The position numbers and the translations under genes were made by a program. Shown here piece after piece: positions 50,742-59,186 of a stretch of DNA of 64,000 nucleotides. This DNA is from an uncultured SAR86 cluster bacterium. Lineage in GTDB: Bacteria > Pseudomonadota > Gammaproteobacteria > Magnimaribacterales > D2472. The notes below the pieces were generated by a model. The model saw nothing but the letters and a program-made list of their open reading frames with translations, was not told the DNA's origin and made no database searches. Numbering within the stretch: the stretch's first letter is position 1; every line of letters starts with the position of its first letter. Location: positions 134,720 through 198,719 of the forward strand of contig CACBGD010000001.1 of assembly GCA_902538705.1 (NCBI GenBank), read 5' to 3'.

Positions 50742-50772
50742 CTCACTATCACTTAGTTTAAGAGGTAGTTTT

Positions 50773-52938
50773 ATGAGACAAGTATTATTTTTATGTATGG
50801 TCGCTATTTGTGGCTTTTTTATTTCCAGCTCAGTATATGCTGAGGATACCTATACTGAAGAAGTAACGATTATCTCTGAGGTAGCCGATCTTGCCGGAGC
50901 AGGAGCTGTTATTTCAAATGAAGATCTTCAAAAAGTAATGGATACTGACATCCAAAAAATTCTTACGGCTGTTCCGGGTTTGTATATGAGAACCGAAGAG
51001 GGATATGGTTTAAGACCAAATATCTCGATTAGAGGTACTGCTATAGAAAGATCTGCAAAAGTTACAATCATGGAAGATGGTGTTCTCGTTGCTCCATCAC
51101 CATATACTTCTTCATCAGCATATTACTTTCCAACAACTGGAAGAATTCACGCAGTGGAGGTTCTAAAAGGACCAGCAGTTGTTTCTCAAGGGCCTCAAAC
51201 AATTGGCGGTGCGATTAATTTGATAAGCACTCCTATCCCTGAAGTTAATTCAGGAAAATTTGTTCAAGAGCTTGGGGATAATGGTATGACAAGAACTCAT
51301 GCTTACTATGGTGGGACCCAAGGAAACTTAGGAGCTTTAATTGAAGTGCATGAGCATTCAAGTGATGGTTTTGACACTATTGCAAATGTAGGTGGAGATA
51401 CAGGATTTGATAAATCAGATTTAATGCTTAAAGCTCGATATAGTTCAGGCAATCATTCAGTTACTTACAAAATGGTCGATCTTGATGAAAACTCAGATCA
51501 ATCATATGTTGGTCTATCACAAGCCAGCTTTGAAGCAAATGCAAGACAAAGATATGGTGCAACCAAATATGACAAAATGATGAATGAAGGTGAGCAAACC
51601 TCTTTATCGTATGTTGGTGAGTTCGATAACTTTGATGTTGTTTTTACTTCATGGAGTAATGACTATGCAAGAGATTGGTTCAAGGTAAGTGATTTTAATA
51701 ACAATTCTGATCATGGAGAAAGAGACGATATCAATGAATTAATCAGCGATGCTAATAATGGAAGCGCAAATGCTCAAGCTATTCTCGATGGAGAGCTTGC
51801 AGTTCAGATCGAATATAAACATAACAATCGTGTTTATACCAATGAAGGCTATCAATTCTATGTTTCCACAGATTTAGGCAGACACAGTCTTAAGGTTGGC
51901 TACAGAGACATGGAAGATTCAGAAAGTAGAATTCAAGCATATGAGTATGCTGATCAAGCTGCTGATGGATCTTTATCAGATTTATATGGTTATGTTGGTC
52001 TTGGAGGAAGCAATAATAGATTAAGAGAATCAAGTGCAACTTCATTTTACATAGAAGATAAGATGGATTTTGGAAAGCTAACTTTAACTGTTGGCTATAG
52101 ATCTGAAGAATATGATCAAAGACATAGAAGATGGGATGAGGGTGCTGCTCCAGGATTAGTAGCAGTTCGTGAAACTATTGTTAGAGATACTTTTGCAGAA
52201 AATGATCATACAACATCAAGTCTTGCCGCAACTTATGACTTAAATGACAATGTCACTTTAGTTGCAGGGTTTCATGGAGGCATGACTCCAATGTTTGGAG
52301 CAGATCCGGAAGAAGCAGATAATACTGAGCTTGGAGTTAGATATTCTAGTGGGACAACAAATATCGAAGCTTTTTACTTTGCAAGTGATTATTCAAGATT
52401 AGCTGCTGAATGTACCTTAGTTAGTGGAGCTGCATGTGACGCTGACGAGTCAGCAGTGTTTAGTGGAGGTGAAGCTGAAGTTTCAGGTTTAGAATTAAGC
52501 GCATCCTGGTTAATGGAGGGTGATGGTATCTCATATCCATTAGCAGTTAATTTTACAAGTACAGATGCTACATTTAAGAATAGCTCAGAAAGTGACTATT
52601 TTGGTGTTGTTGCCGCTGGTGATGACTTGCCATATATTCCAGATACACAATTTTCTGTTGTAGCTGGATTTATTAGTGATAATGGTATGAGTGGAAATGC
52701 AAGATTTGTTAATGTTGGAAGCTCTTGCTCGATAGCAGCATGTGGTATTTATAACGAAATAGAATCACACAGCTACCTGGACTTAAGTTTAAGAAAATCT
52801 GTAAACGATTCTACTAATGTATATGTAATTCTTGAAAATGCCTTTGATGCAGAAGATTTAATATCTAGAGCTCCTTCTGAAGGTGCAAGATCGCAGAAAC
52901 CTAGAACAATTAAGTTAGGAGTTTCATTAGATTTTTAA
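50773..52938 (+). CDS. TonB-dependent outer-membrane receptor (iron-regulated)
   Basis: 721 aa with signal peptide and plug region (RPNISIRGT..., KGPAVVSQGPQTIGGAINL). The barrel ends ...KLGVSLDF (terminal Phe). Fur box upstream. Confidence 0.9.
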   Translation: MRQVLFLCMVAICGFFISSSVYAEDTYTEEVTIISEVADLAGAGAVISNEDLQKVMDTDIQKILTAVPGLYMRTEEGYGLRPNISIRGTAIERSAKVTIMEDGVLVAPSPYTSSSAYYFPTTGRIHAVEVLKGPAVVSQGPQTIGGAINLISTPIPEVNSGKFVQELGDNGMTRTHAYYGGTQGNLGALIEVHEHSSDGFDTIANVGGDTGFDKSDLMLKARYSSGNHSVTYKMVDLDENSDQSYVGLSQASFEANARQRYGATKYDKMMNEGEQTSLSYVGEFDNFDVVFTSWSNDYARDWFKVSDFNNNSDHGERDDINELISDANNGSANAQAILDGELAVQIEYKHNNRVYTNEGYQFYVSTDLGRHSLKVGYRDMEDSESRIQAYEYADQAADGSLSDLYGYVGLGGSNNRLRESSATSFYIEDKMDFGKLTLTVGYRSEEYDQRHRRWDEGAAPGLVAVRETIVRDTFAENDHTTSSLAATYDLNDNVTLVAGFHGGMTPMFGADPEEADNTELGVRYSSGTTNIEAFYFASDYSRLAAECTLVSGAACDADESAVFSGGEAEVSGLELSASWLMEGDGISYPLAVNFTSTDATFKNSSESDYFGVVAAGDDLPYIPDTQFSVVAGFISDNGMSGNARFVNVGSSCSIAACGIYNEIESHSYLDLSLRKSVNDSTNVYVILENAFDAEDLISRAPSEGARSQKPRTIKLGVSLDF

Positions 52939-53001
52939 GTTGAGGATAAAGAGTTAGTCGGGTAATACTTCCTTTAATCACACACCCCTTAGCTCTTCAT
53001 T

Positions 53002-53027
53002 TTAAAAAGGGCGACTTTGTCGCCCTT
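53002..53027 (-). terminator. Terminator-like hairpin whose U-tract is on the minus strand
   Basis: Minus strand AAGGGCGAC-AAA-GTCGCCCTT followed by TTTAAAA. On the plus strand no T-run follows the hairpin. Confidence 0.5.
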
Positions 53028-53105
53028 AACTTAAAAATCTCTTTCAATGATTAGGATGCAATATACTTTCCCCTTTTATATAGTTATTCTCTCTAATCAT
53101 AAACT

Positions 53106-53132
53106 GGGGCAGCTTAAAGCTGCCCCTTTTTT
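53106..53132 (+). terminator. Rho-independent terminator
   Basis: GGGGCAGC-TTAAA-GCTGCCCC followed by TTTTTT. Confidence 0.75.
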
Positions 53133-53179
53133 ATATTAAAAGATTGTATTATCTAAATAAATCAATATAGAATCTGCAT

Positions 53180-53626
53180 ATGACTAAATATATAGTTAAA
53201 AGTTACTTGGCCCTAGTAAACAGATTCAATTCTTTTGCAAAAAATCTTGGCAGTTTTGGGCTGGCAATAATCTATACTGTTGGCCACATCTGGATAGCAA
53301 TACTTTGCGCCGCATACATCTTCGATGCTTCCCTTAATCTTGCTGCTGTTGATGCATTCATAGAGCCAATAATAAATGGGTTTTGGTTTTATGCACTTCA
53401 TAAGTTCTGTGCAGAGATCCTAGGCAAGCTCACTTTAACAATTGTTTATACCATTGGCCATATTTTTATTGCGACAATGTGTGCAGTAGTTATATTTTCA
53501 ACTACGGTTAATCTTGCTGCAGTTGATGCATTTGTAGAACCAATTATTAATGCATTTTGGTTCTATTTTTTACATAGTTTTTATTCTGCATACTCTAAAG
53601 GTGCTGGAGTTTCATATGAACAATAA
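53180..53626 (+). CDS. Membrane protein with two tandem DUF2061-like repeats
   Basis: 148 aa. Two roughly 60-aa repeats: GHIWIAILCAAYIFDASLNLAAVDAFIEPIINGFWFYALHKF and GHIFIATMCAVVIFSTTVNLAAVDAFVEPIINAFWFYFLHSF. Candidate promoter TTGTAT-16-TATAGA upstream. Confidence 0.6.
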   Translation: MTKYIVKSYLALVNRFNSFAKNLGSFGLAIIYTVGHIWIAILCAAYIFDASLNLAAVDAFIEPIINGFWFYALHKFCAEILGKLTLTIVYTIGHIFIATMCAVVIFSTTVNLAAVDAFVEPIINAFWFYFLHSFYSAYSKGAGVSYEQ

Positions 53627-54035
53627 AAATAATCCAATTCAATCTTCAATCTGGATTGTTGAACAGGGGATTCTTCTTATAATTGCTCTGGCCACGATTG
53701 GAGCTACTATTCTTGAGCTTATCCGAATATTTGATGTCATGACAGTGAATCTCAGTGATTTATTTCTGCTATTTATTTATGCAGAAGTGCTAGGAATGGT
53801 TGGAGTCTTTTATCGAGACAATAGGATACCTGTTACCTTGCCAATCATAATTGCCATTACGGCTTTAACAAGAATGATTATTCTCCAAAGCAAGGGGTTA
53901 GATGCAATAAATATTATTTACGAGGCCTCTGGTATCTTACTATTGTCAGTCGCAGCTTATATCATGAGTTTAAAAGATAAAAATAGCCTATCTAAATTAA
54001 AGATTCGTGAAGAAGCAAGTCAGCAAGAAAATTGA
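53616..54035 (+). CDS. psiE: PsiE-family (phosphate-starvation-inducible) membrane protein
   Basis: I prefer the ATG at 53616 (MNNKNNPIQ..., GGAG 7 nt upstream) over the track start at 53550. The 139-aa product resembles PsiE by eye (LFIYAEVLGMVGVFY...IPVTLPIIIAITALTRMIIL). Confidence 0.6.
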   Translation: MNNKNNPIQSSIWIVEQGILLIIALATIGATILELIRIFDVMTVNLSDLFLLFIYAEVLGMVGVFYRDNRIPVTLPIIIAITALTRMIILQSKGLDAINIIYEASGILLLSVAAYIMSLKDKNSLSKLKIREEASQQEN

Positions 54036-54889
54036 ATGCATCGTTTATTCTAGGCTTTTACTGTCCTGATAAATCAGGTATACAATCAAAAGTCTCTACT
54101 CTTTTATATAGTAATGATGCTTTTTTAACTGATGTCCAATCTTACTCAGATAGAGATACACAGACCTTCTTTTCAAGAATAGTTTTTTCAGTCACCACTG
54201 AAGATGTTATAAATAAAATTAATTTAGAGCTACAAACACTCAGTGTTGAATTAGATATGGTTTGGTCAATAGACGAACAAGAAAAAAAAGTAAAAACAGT
54301 AATAGCAGTTTCTAAATTAGGTCACTGTCTTAATGATCTTCTCTTTAGAGCAAAGTATAGAAATATGCCAATTGAGATTGTCGGAGTTGTTTCAAATCAC
54401 GAAGATTTTAGAGAGATTGTTGAATTTAATGATATTCCTTTTCACTTTCTTCCAATAGAAAAAAATTTAGATTCAAAGAAAAACCAAGAATCCCTCTTTC
54501 AAAAAGTTGTAGATGATTCAGGCGCAGGGATGATTGTTCTAGCAAGATACATGCAAATTTTGACGGAAGAGTTGAGTAATAAATGGTTTGGAAAATGTAT
54601 AAACATCCACCATAGCTTTCTTCCAAGTTTCAAGGGAGCAAATCCCTACGAACAAGCATTTTCTAAAGGTGTAAAGCTAATCGGCGCAACAGCACATTTC
54701 GTTACTCCAGATTTAGATGAAGGACCAATAATTGAGCAAAATATTGAGAGAATAAGTCACTATGACAGTATTGAGGATCTTATTAGAAAAGGTAATGATA
54801 TAGAATCAATTGTTCTTGCAAGAGCTGTTAGGTGGCATGCAGAAAAAAGAGTGCTTATAAATGGAAACAAAACTGTTGTCTTTACTTAG
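54032..54889 (+). CDS. purU: Formyltetrahydrofolate deformylase
   Basis: 285 aa. N-terminal ACT-like domain plus a formyltransferase core with INIHHSFLPSFKGANPY and HFVTPDLDEGPII. TTG start overlaps the psiE stop. Confidence 0.9.
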   Translation: MNASFILGFYCPDKSGIQSKVSTLLYSNDAFLTDVQSYSDRDTQTFFSRIVFSVTTEDVINKINLELQTLSVELDMVWSIDEQEKKVKTVIAVSKLGHCLNDLLFRAKYRNMPIEIVGVVSNHEDFREIVEFNDIPFHFLPIEKNLDSKKNQESLFQKVVDDSGAGMIVLARYMQILTEELSNKWFGKCINIHHSFLPSFKGANPYEQAFSKGVKLIGATAHFVTPDLDEGPIIEQNIERISHYDSIEDLIRKGNDIESIVLARAVRWHAEKRVLINGNKTVVFT

Positions 54890-54947
54890 CATTAAAAATC
54901 TTCATTACTCCTTTAATTAAGTATTTTTTTTCGATAATATTAAAACT

Positions 54948-55343
54948 ATGAGGAGACCAAGTATATTTAGAAGATCTATTATGTTCATTGTTGACAGTTG
55001 GAGAGTTGTCATGGATGTGAAATACAATCCATTGAAGCATATTCCAGATCCAAGTTTACAAACTTATTTTATGCTAATACTGTTTACGATTTGGAGCGTT
55101 GCTTTCGGATTGATTGCAATATTTTGGTTAGGCTTTATCGGATATAACATTATGACAAGCATCATTGTTCATCTATCAATACTTATTCCATTAGCTTTTA
55201 CAAATGCAGTTTTCATAGATGCGGAAAGAGATGGTGAAAACTGGCTAAAGGAATGGCGTGAGGAACAATCAAGGTATAAACTTTTTGTAAATAGGATTAG
55301 AACTAAAAATCTAGTTTTATGGAATCCATTTAAAGAAGCTTAA
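54948..55343 (+). CDS. Hypothetical small membrane protein
   Basis: 131 aa with two hydrophobic helices. No motif recognised. The start may be an internal ATG (MDVKYNPL...). Confidence 0.5.
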   Translation: MRRPSIFRRSIMFIVDSWRVVMDVKYNPLKHIPDPSLQTYFMLILFTIWSVAFGLIAIFWLGFIGYNIMTSIIVHLSILIPLAFTNAVFIDAERDGENWLKEWREEQSRYKLFVNRIRTKNLVLWNPFKEA

Positions 55344-55357
55344 TATCTAAATTAAAA

Positions 55358-55433
55358 TGGTGGAGCTACGCGGGATCGAACCGCGGACCCCCTGCTTGCA
55401 AAGCAGGTGCTCTCCCAGCTGAGCTATAGCCCC
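55358..55433 (-). tRNA. tRNA-Ala (anticodon UGC), CCA encoded
   Basis: Minus strand GGGGCTA-TA-GCTC-AGCTGGGA-GAGC-A-CCTGC-TTTGCAA-GCAGG-GGGTC-CGCGG-TTCGATC-CCGCG-TAGCTCC-A-CCA, with the G3:U70 identity pair present. Confidence 0.95.
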
Positions 55434-55497
55434 ACATTAGAGTGCATATTGTATATACATTAAGCCAATAAAAAAAGAAAAAAGAAATTCTACAAAA

Positions 55498-56358
55498 CTA
55501 ACTTAAAGCTTTGATTATATTTGCAGATTGAGTTTCACAGTTAGGGCCCATTAAATGGACTCCATCGATTCCTGGGAGATCAATAATTTTATCAATAAGC
55601 TCAATACATATTCTCTCACCTTCTGAAATTGAATCATTGCTGTCATCTAAACGATTAATAATTTCATCAGAAATATTTATTCCCCATAGGTTTTTACGCA
55701 TCCAATCTGCTTGTTTTGCAGACTTCAGAGGACCCATACCAACTAACACTTTCCAAGAATCATCCTTACCATTATTTATAAGTAAATCTGAATAAAATTT
55801 AATGACTTCTATATCAAAGCAGTACTGAGTTTGTACAAACTTTGCTCCTGAATTTATCTTCGACATCAGGGAATCAACTGCCTCAGGCTTTGACTGATGG
55901 GTGTATAAATCATCTGCAGCTCCTGGGAAAATTTCTTTAGTCGAATCAATTTCAGTTCCATCTGTTATTTTTCCTGAATTTAATATATTTATGAGCTCAA
56001 TAAGAGATGCACCATTAAATTCGTTCACAGCTTTAGGACCATCCTCATCAGGTTGATCGCCAGTAAGGCAGAGAACCTTATTTATATCTATGGAGGCAGC
56101 TCCAATTATTTCAGATTCAATCGCAATTCTATTTCTATCTCTTCCTGTTAACTGAAGAATTACATCCAGTCCTTTTTTTTTAATTTCTGCAGCAACAAGA
56201 ATGCTTGATAATTTAGTTTTACAGTTTGGTGAATCAGTAATATTCACAGCATCTGCTAAACCAACCAAAGGGATAATTTTATTGACACTACTTTCTAAAT
56301 CCATAGAGAGATCAGGTGTTGTTTCAGCAGTAAAAATTAATTCTTTGTCATTAAACAT
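55498..56358 (-). CDS. metF: Methylenetetrahydrofolate reductase (MetF family)
   Basis: 286 aa. MTHFR-like pattern: NITDSP, ILQLTGRDRNR, LCLTGD and FVQTQYCFD. Confidence 0.75.
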   Translation of the reverse strand: MFNDKELIFTAETTPDLSMDLESSVNKIIPLVGLADAVNITDSPNCKTKLSSILVAAEIKKKGLDVILQLTGRDRNRIAIESEIIGAASIDINKVLCLTGDQPDEDGPKAVNEFNGASLIELINILNSGKITDGTEIDSTKEIFPGAADDLYTHQSKPEAVDSLMSKINSGAKFVQTQYCFDIEVIKFYSDLLINNGKDDSWKVLVGMGPLKSAKQADWMRKNLWGINISDEIINRLDDSNDSISEGERICIELIDKIIDLPGIDGVHLMGPNCETQSANIIKALS

Positions 56359-56360
56359 AT

Positions 56361-57482
56361 CTAACCCGATGGAATATTTTTTTCTTTATCATGGAATGGC
56401 AAATTACATATTTTAACATCATGAATACCAGTGCTAGTTTTTAATTTACCCTCACTAACATTTCCTAAATCACAGCTTAATTGCACTATAGCAATTCCTG
56501 TTTCAAGAAATGGTGACCATGCTCCTGCTGTTACAGATCCAATAACTTTCCCATCTAGTGACTGTAACTCATCTTCAACAATTGGTTTTTCAGAAGAGCA
56601 CTTTATTCCCCTAATTTTTATCGAGCTCTCATGTTTTTTTGCTAAGGCTTCTTTTCCGATAAAGTCACTTTTATCAAAGTCTATAAATTTTTGTAATCCA
56701 AGATCAAAAGGATTAAATCTTTGATCAAAGTCTGTTCCATAGTCTAATATTCCGGCTTCAATCCTTCTTATATGCATTGATGCAATATCTGAAGCAATGA
56801 GTTTTTCTTCCTTCCCTGCCTCTAGAAGATAATTCCAAAGATCTTCTCCTAAGAAATTATCACCATCGGAATAAAGTTCAAAACCCTTTTCTCCAGTCCA
56901 TCCAGATCTAGAAATATAAAAATCTTTATTAAGTATCTTTACTTTTGAGCAAGAATAATATGTAAATTCTTCCAAATTTATATCAGTGATCTTTGAGAGC
57001 ACATTTAATGATGTTGGTCCTTGGATCTGAAGAACCCAAGAATTAAAGTCTTCTATTTTTACATTAAGATTGCCAATATTCGCAGAAGCCCAATTGATGA
57101 AATCACCATTTGCTTGAACATAAATAAACTCATCTTCATTTGGATGCATCAAAACTCCATCCATTAATATTCCTCCATCATGATTGCATGCGAAAGCATA
57201 TACCGCTCTTCCAATCTTGATTTTGTCTATATTTCTAGTAAATATTTTTTCTAGGAATTTTTTCTTGTCCTTACCAGTAATTCTTAAAGGTGTCTCAGGT
57301 ACATCATACAAGCAACAATATTTTCTTAAATGCTTATAGTGTTCTTGATCATCATATCCGCAGCTAAGAGGATATAGCCTATTGTTGTAGACACCATATA
57401 GGACATTCTCGTGATGGTAACAGTCAAAAAAAGGGGACCTTAGAAATCTACGGTCTGATATTACTAAGTTTGAATTTTTCAT
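56361..57482 (-). CDS. GcvT-family aminomethyltransferase, DmdA-like tetrahydrofolate-dependent demethylase
   Basis: 373 aa from the ATG at 57482 (track start 57494). It aligns by eye with characterised DmdA: DRRFLRSPF vs SRRLRRTPF, YGVYNNRLYP vs YTVYNHMLLP, ISRSGWTGEKGFELY vs VARSGWSKQGGFEIY, IRRIEAGILDYGTDF vs IERVESGLLSYGNDM. Confidence 0.7.
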   Translation of the reverse strand: MKNSNLVISDRRFLRSPFFDCYHHENVLYGVYNNRLYPLSCGYDDQEHYKHLRKYCCLYDVPETPLRITGKDKKKFLEKIFTRNIDKIKIGRAVYAFACNHDGGILMDGVLMHPNEDEFIYVQANGDFINWASANIGNLNVKIEDFNSWVLQIQGPTSLNVLSKITDINLEEFTYYSCSKVKILNKDFYISRSGWTGEKGFELYSDGDNFLGEDLWNYLLEAGKEEKLIASDIASMHIRRIEAGILDYGTDFDQRFNPFDLGLQKFIDFDKSDFIGKEALAKKHESSIKIRGIKCSSEKPIVEDELQSLDGKVIGSVTAGAWSPFLETGIAIVQLSCDLGNVSEGKLKTSTGIHDVKICNLPFHDKEKNIPSG

Positions 57483-58698
57483 ATTTACCAGCAAAAGTTA
57501 TTTGATAAATAAAGAATAGTATATTTACCAAACTAGTGAATAATGTAAATTGCGTTGCTAGAGCCTGAAACGGAACTAGTCCTGATAAACAGACAGCTAA
57601 AATAGCAAGATTCAGAATTACCACACTATGAAGAGCAAAAGGGTTATTTTGCATTAACAATGCAGTAACTGTTGGGATAACAACCAAAATGGCACCAAAT
57701 ATTGTTACTTGCTCATATGAAAAACTATTTATGTTAAGAAATAATGAGTTAGAAATTAAAATAATTGCTAGCATTTGTATTACGGCGAAGACCTTTGTTG
57801 AGGCTGACATAAACGGGTTATATTTATTTTTTAAATCAACTGGTTTGCTTGGATACTTTTCTTCAACATCACTTGGTCTCCAATAAGTTGGGGCATACCA
57901 AACCTTGAATTTATCAGCTAGTCTTTTAGTTCTCATAGAGTCTAAGAACATATTGTAGAAAACTTGGAAATTTGCCCAGATTGGATTCCAACTATTTAGT
58001 GCTTTAACAGTCCCATAAACAGGCTTGATATCATCTTTTTCCTCGATGTAAGTTCCAAAGATTCTGTCCCATATAATAAAAACACCACCGTAGTTTGCGT
58101 CAATATATTCGGGATTCTTTGCATGATGAACCCTATGATTTGATGGCGTAATAAAAATCTTTTCTATCCAGCCAAGTTTTGGAATATGCTCGGTATGAAC
58201 CCAGTATTGATATAGAAGATTTATCCCACCCACTGTTGCAAATACTTCTGCAGGTATTCCAACTACCATCATAGGAACATAAAACATCCATTTCCAAAGA
58301 AAACCAGTGCTAGTCTGCCTCAATGCAGTTGCTAAGTTATATTCCTCTCCATGATGATGCACAACATGGGTTGCCCATAAGATCTTTATCTCATGATGCA
58401 GTCTATGTTGAATATAGTAGGTTAAGTCATACATTAAGAATGCTACAACCCAAGTCACCCAACTGTCCAAGGGGAGAAGTTTTAGGTTGAAGGTTGAAGC
58501 AGCCAGAGTAAATAAAAAAGCATTAAATCCTAAATTCAAGATAACTGGGAATCTGCTCATTAAACCGATTGAGATACTAACAAAAGTATCATTAATCCTG
58601 TAAGTATTATTCTTAACAATTAGACCGTAAATAAATTCTATTATTATCAACAGAAAAAAAACTGGTATTGCATAAAAAATTAATACTGACTTATCCAT
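57448..58698 (-). CDS. Fatty-acid hydroxylase / sterol desaturase-family membrane di-iron enzyme with extra C-terminal TM region
   Basis: 416 aa. His boxes HRLHH, HVVHHH and HRVHH. The C-terminal ~120 aa form additional hydrophobic helices. Confidence 0.75.
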   Translation of the reverse strand: MDKSVLIFYAIPVFFLLIIIEFIYGLIVKNNTYRINDTFVSISIGLMSRFPVILNLGFNAFLFTLAASTFNLKLLPLDSWVTWVVAFLMYDLTYYIQHRLHHEIKILWATHVVHHHGEEYNLATALRQTSTGFLWKWMFYVPMMVVGIPAEVFATVGGINLLYQYWVHTEHIPKLGWIEKIFITPSNHRVHHAKNPEYIDANYGGVFIIWDRIFGTYIEEKDDIKPVYGTVKALNSWNPIWANFQVFYNMFLDSMRTKRLADKFKVWYAPTYWRPSDVEEKYPSKPVDLKNKYNPFMSASTKVFAVIQMLAIILISNSLFLNINSFSYEQVTIFGAILVVIPTVTALLMQNNPFALHSVVILNLAILAVCLSGLVPFQALATQFTLFTSLVNILFFIYQITFAGKYEKFKLSNIRP

Positions 58699-58721
58699 AA
58701 AAATTATTTTAAATGTTTTCC

Positions 58722-58753
58722 AAACAAAAATCTAAGCCAAAAGGAAAGGCTTA
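58722..58753 (-). terminator. Candidate terminator after the DoxX gene
   Basis: Minus strand TAAGCC-TTTCCTTTT-GGCTTA followed by GATTTTTGTTT. Confidence 0.45.
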
Positions 58754-58803
58754 AATTTGAGTACGAAAGTATACACTTTATTTAAATCAAATTAAAAAGG
58801 TAT

Positions 58804-59169
58804 CTATCTCTCTTTAGATAAAATTAATAACCCCGCAAGGATTCCTAAGTTTTTTACGAAATTCTGTGTTTCATGAACTTGACTAGGATCACCACTTAAA
58901 TTCCAAAAATCATGAATATAAAAGTTTATAAGTAATGTAGTTATTGCTAAGCCTATTGAGCTAACTTTAAGGTACCTTCCAAATATAATAAATGATCCTA
59001 ACAAGATTTGAGTAATTGCTACAAGTGAAAGAGAAAAGACTGGAAAGGGTACTTCCTTAGCGATGACAACCTCTAGATTTGCTGAAAAAAGGAATACTTT
59101 TGCAATGCCAGGCAGCAAAAAATAAATGCCAATTAAGACTCTTCCAACAACGAAAAGATTAACAGACAT
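58804..59169 (-). CDS. DoxX-family membrane protein
   Basis: 121 aa with 4 TM. Contains GRVLIGIYFLLPGIAK. Confidence 0.65.
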   Translation of the reverse strand: MSVNLFVVGRVLIGIYFLLPGIAKVFLFSANLEVVIAKEVPFPVFSLSLVAITQILLGSFIIFGRYLKVSSIGLAITTLLINFYIHDFWNLSGDPSQVHETQNFVKNLGILAGLLILSKER

Positions 59170-59186
59170 CCTTTTTCTACTTTAAA

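Noticed and set aside
53550-53615. N-terminal extension of the psiE-like ORF (track start 53550)
   Set aside because: The extension lies entirely inside the preceding gene and has no SD. The ATG at 53616 has GGAG 7 nt upstream and gives a PsiE-like length.
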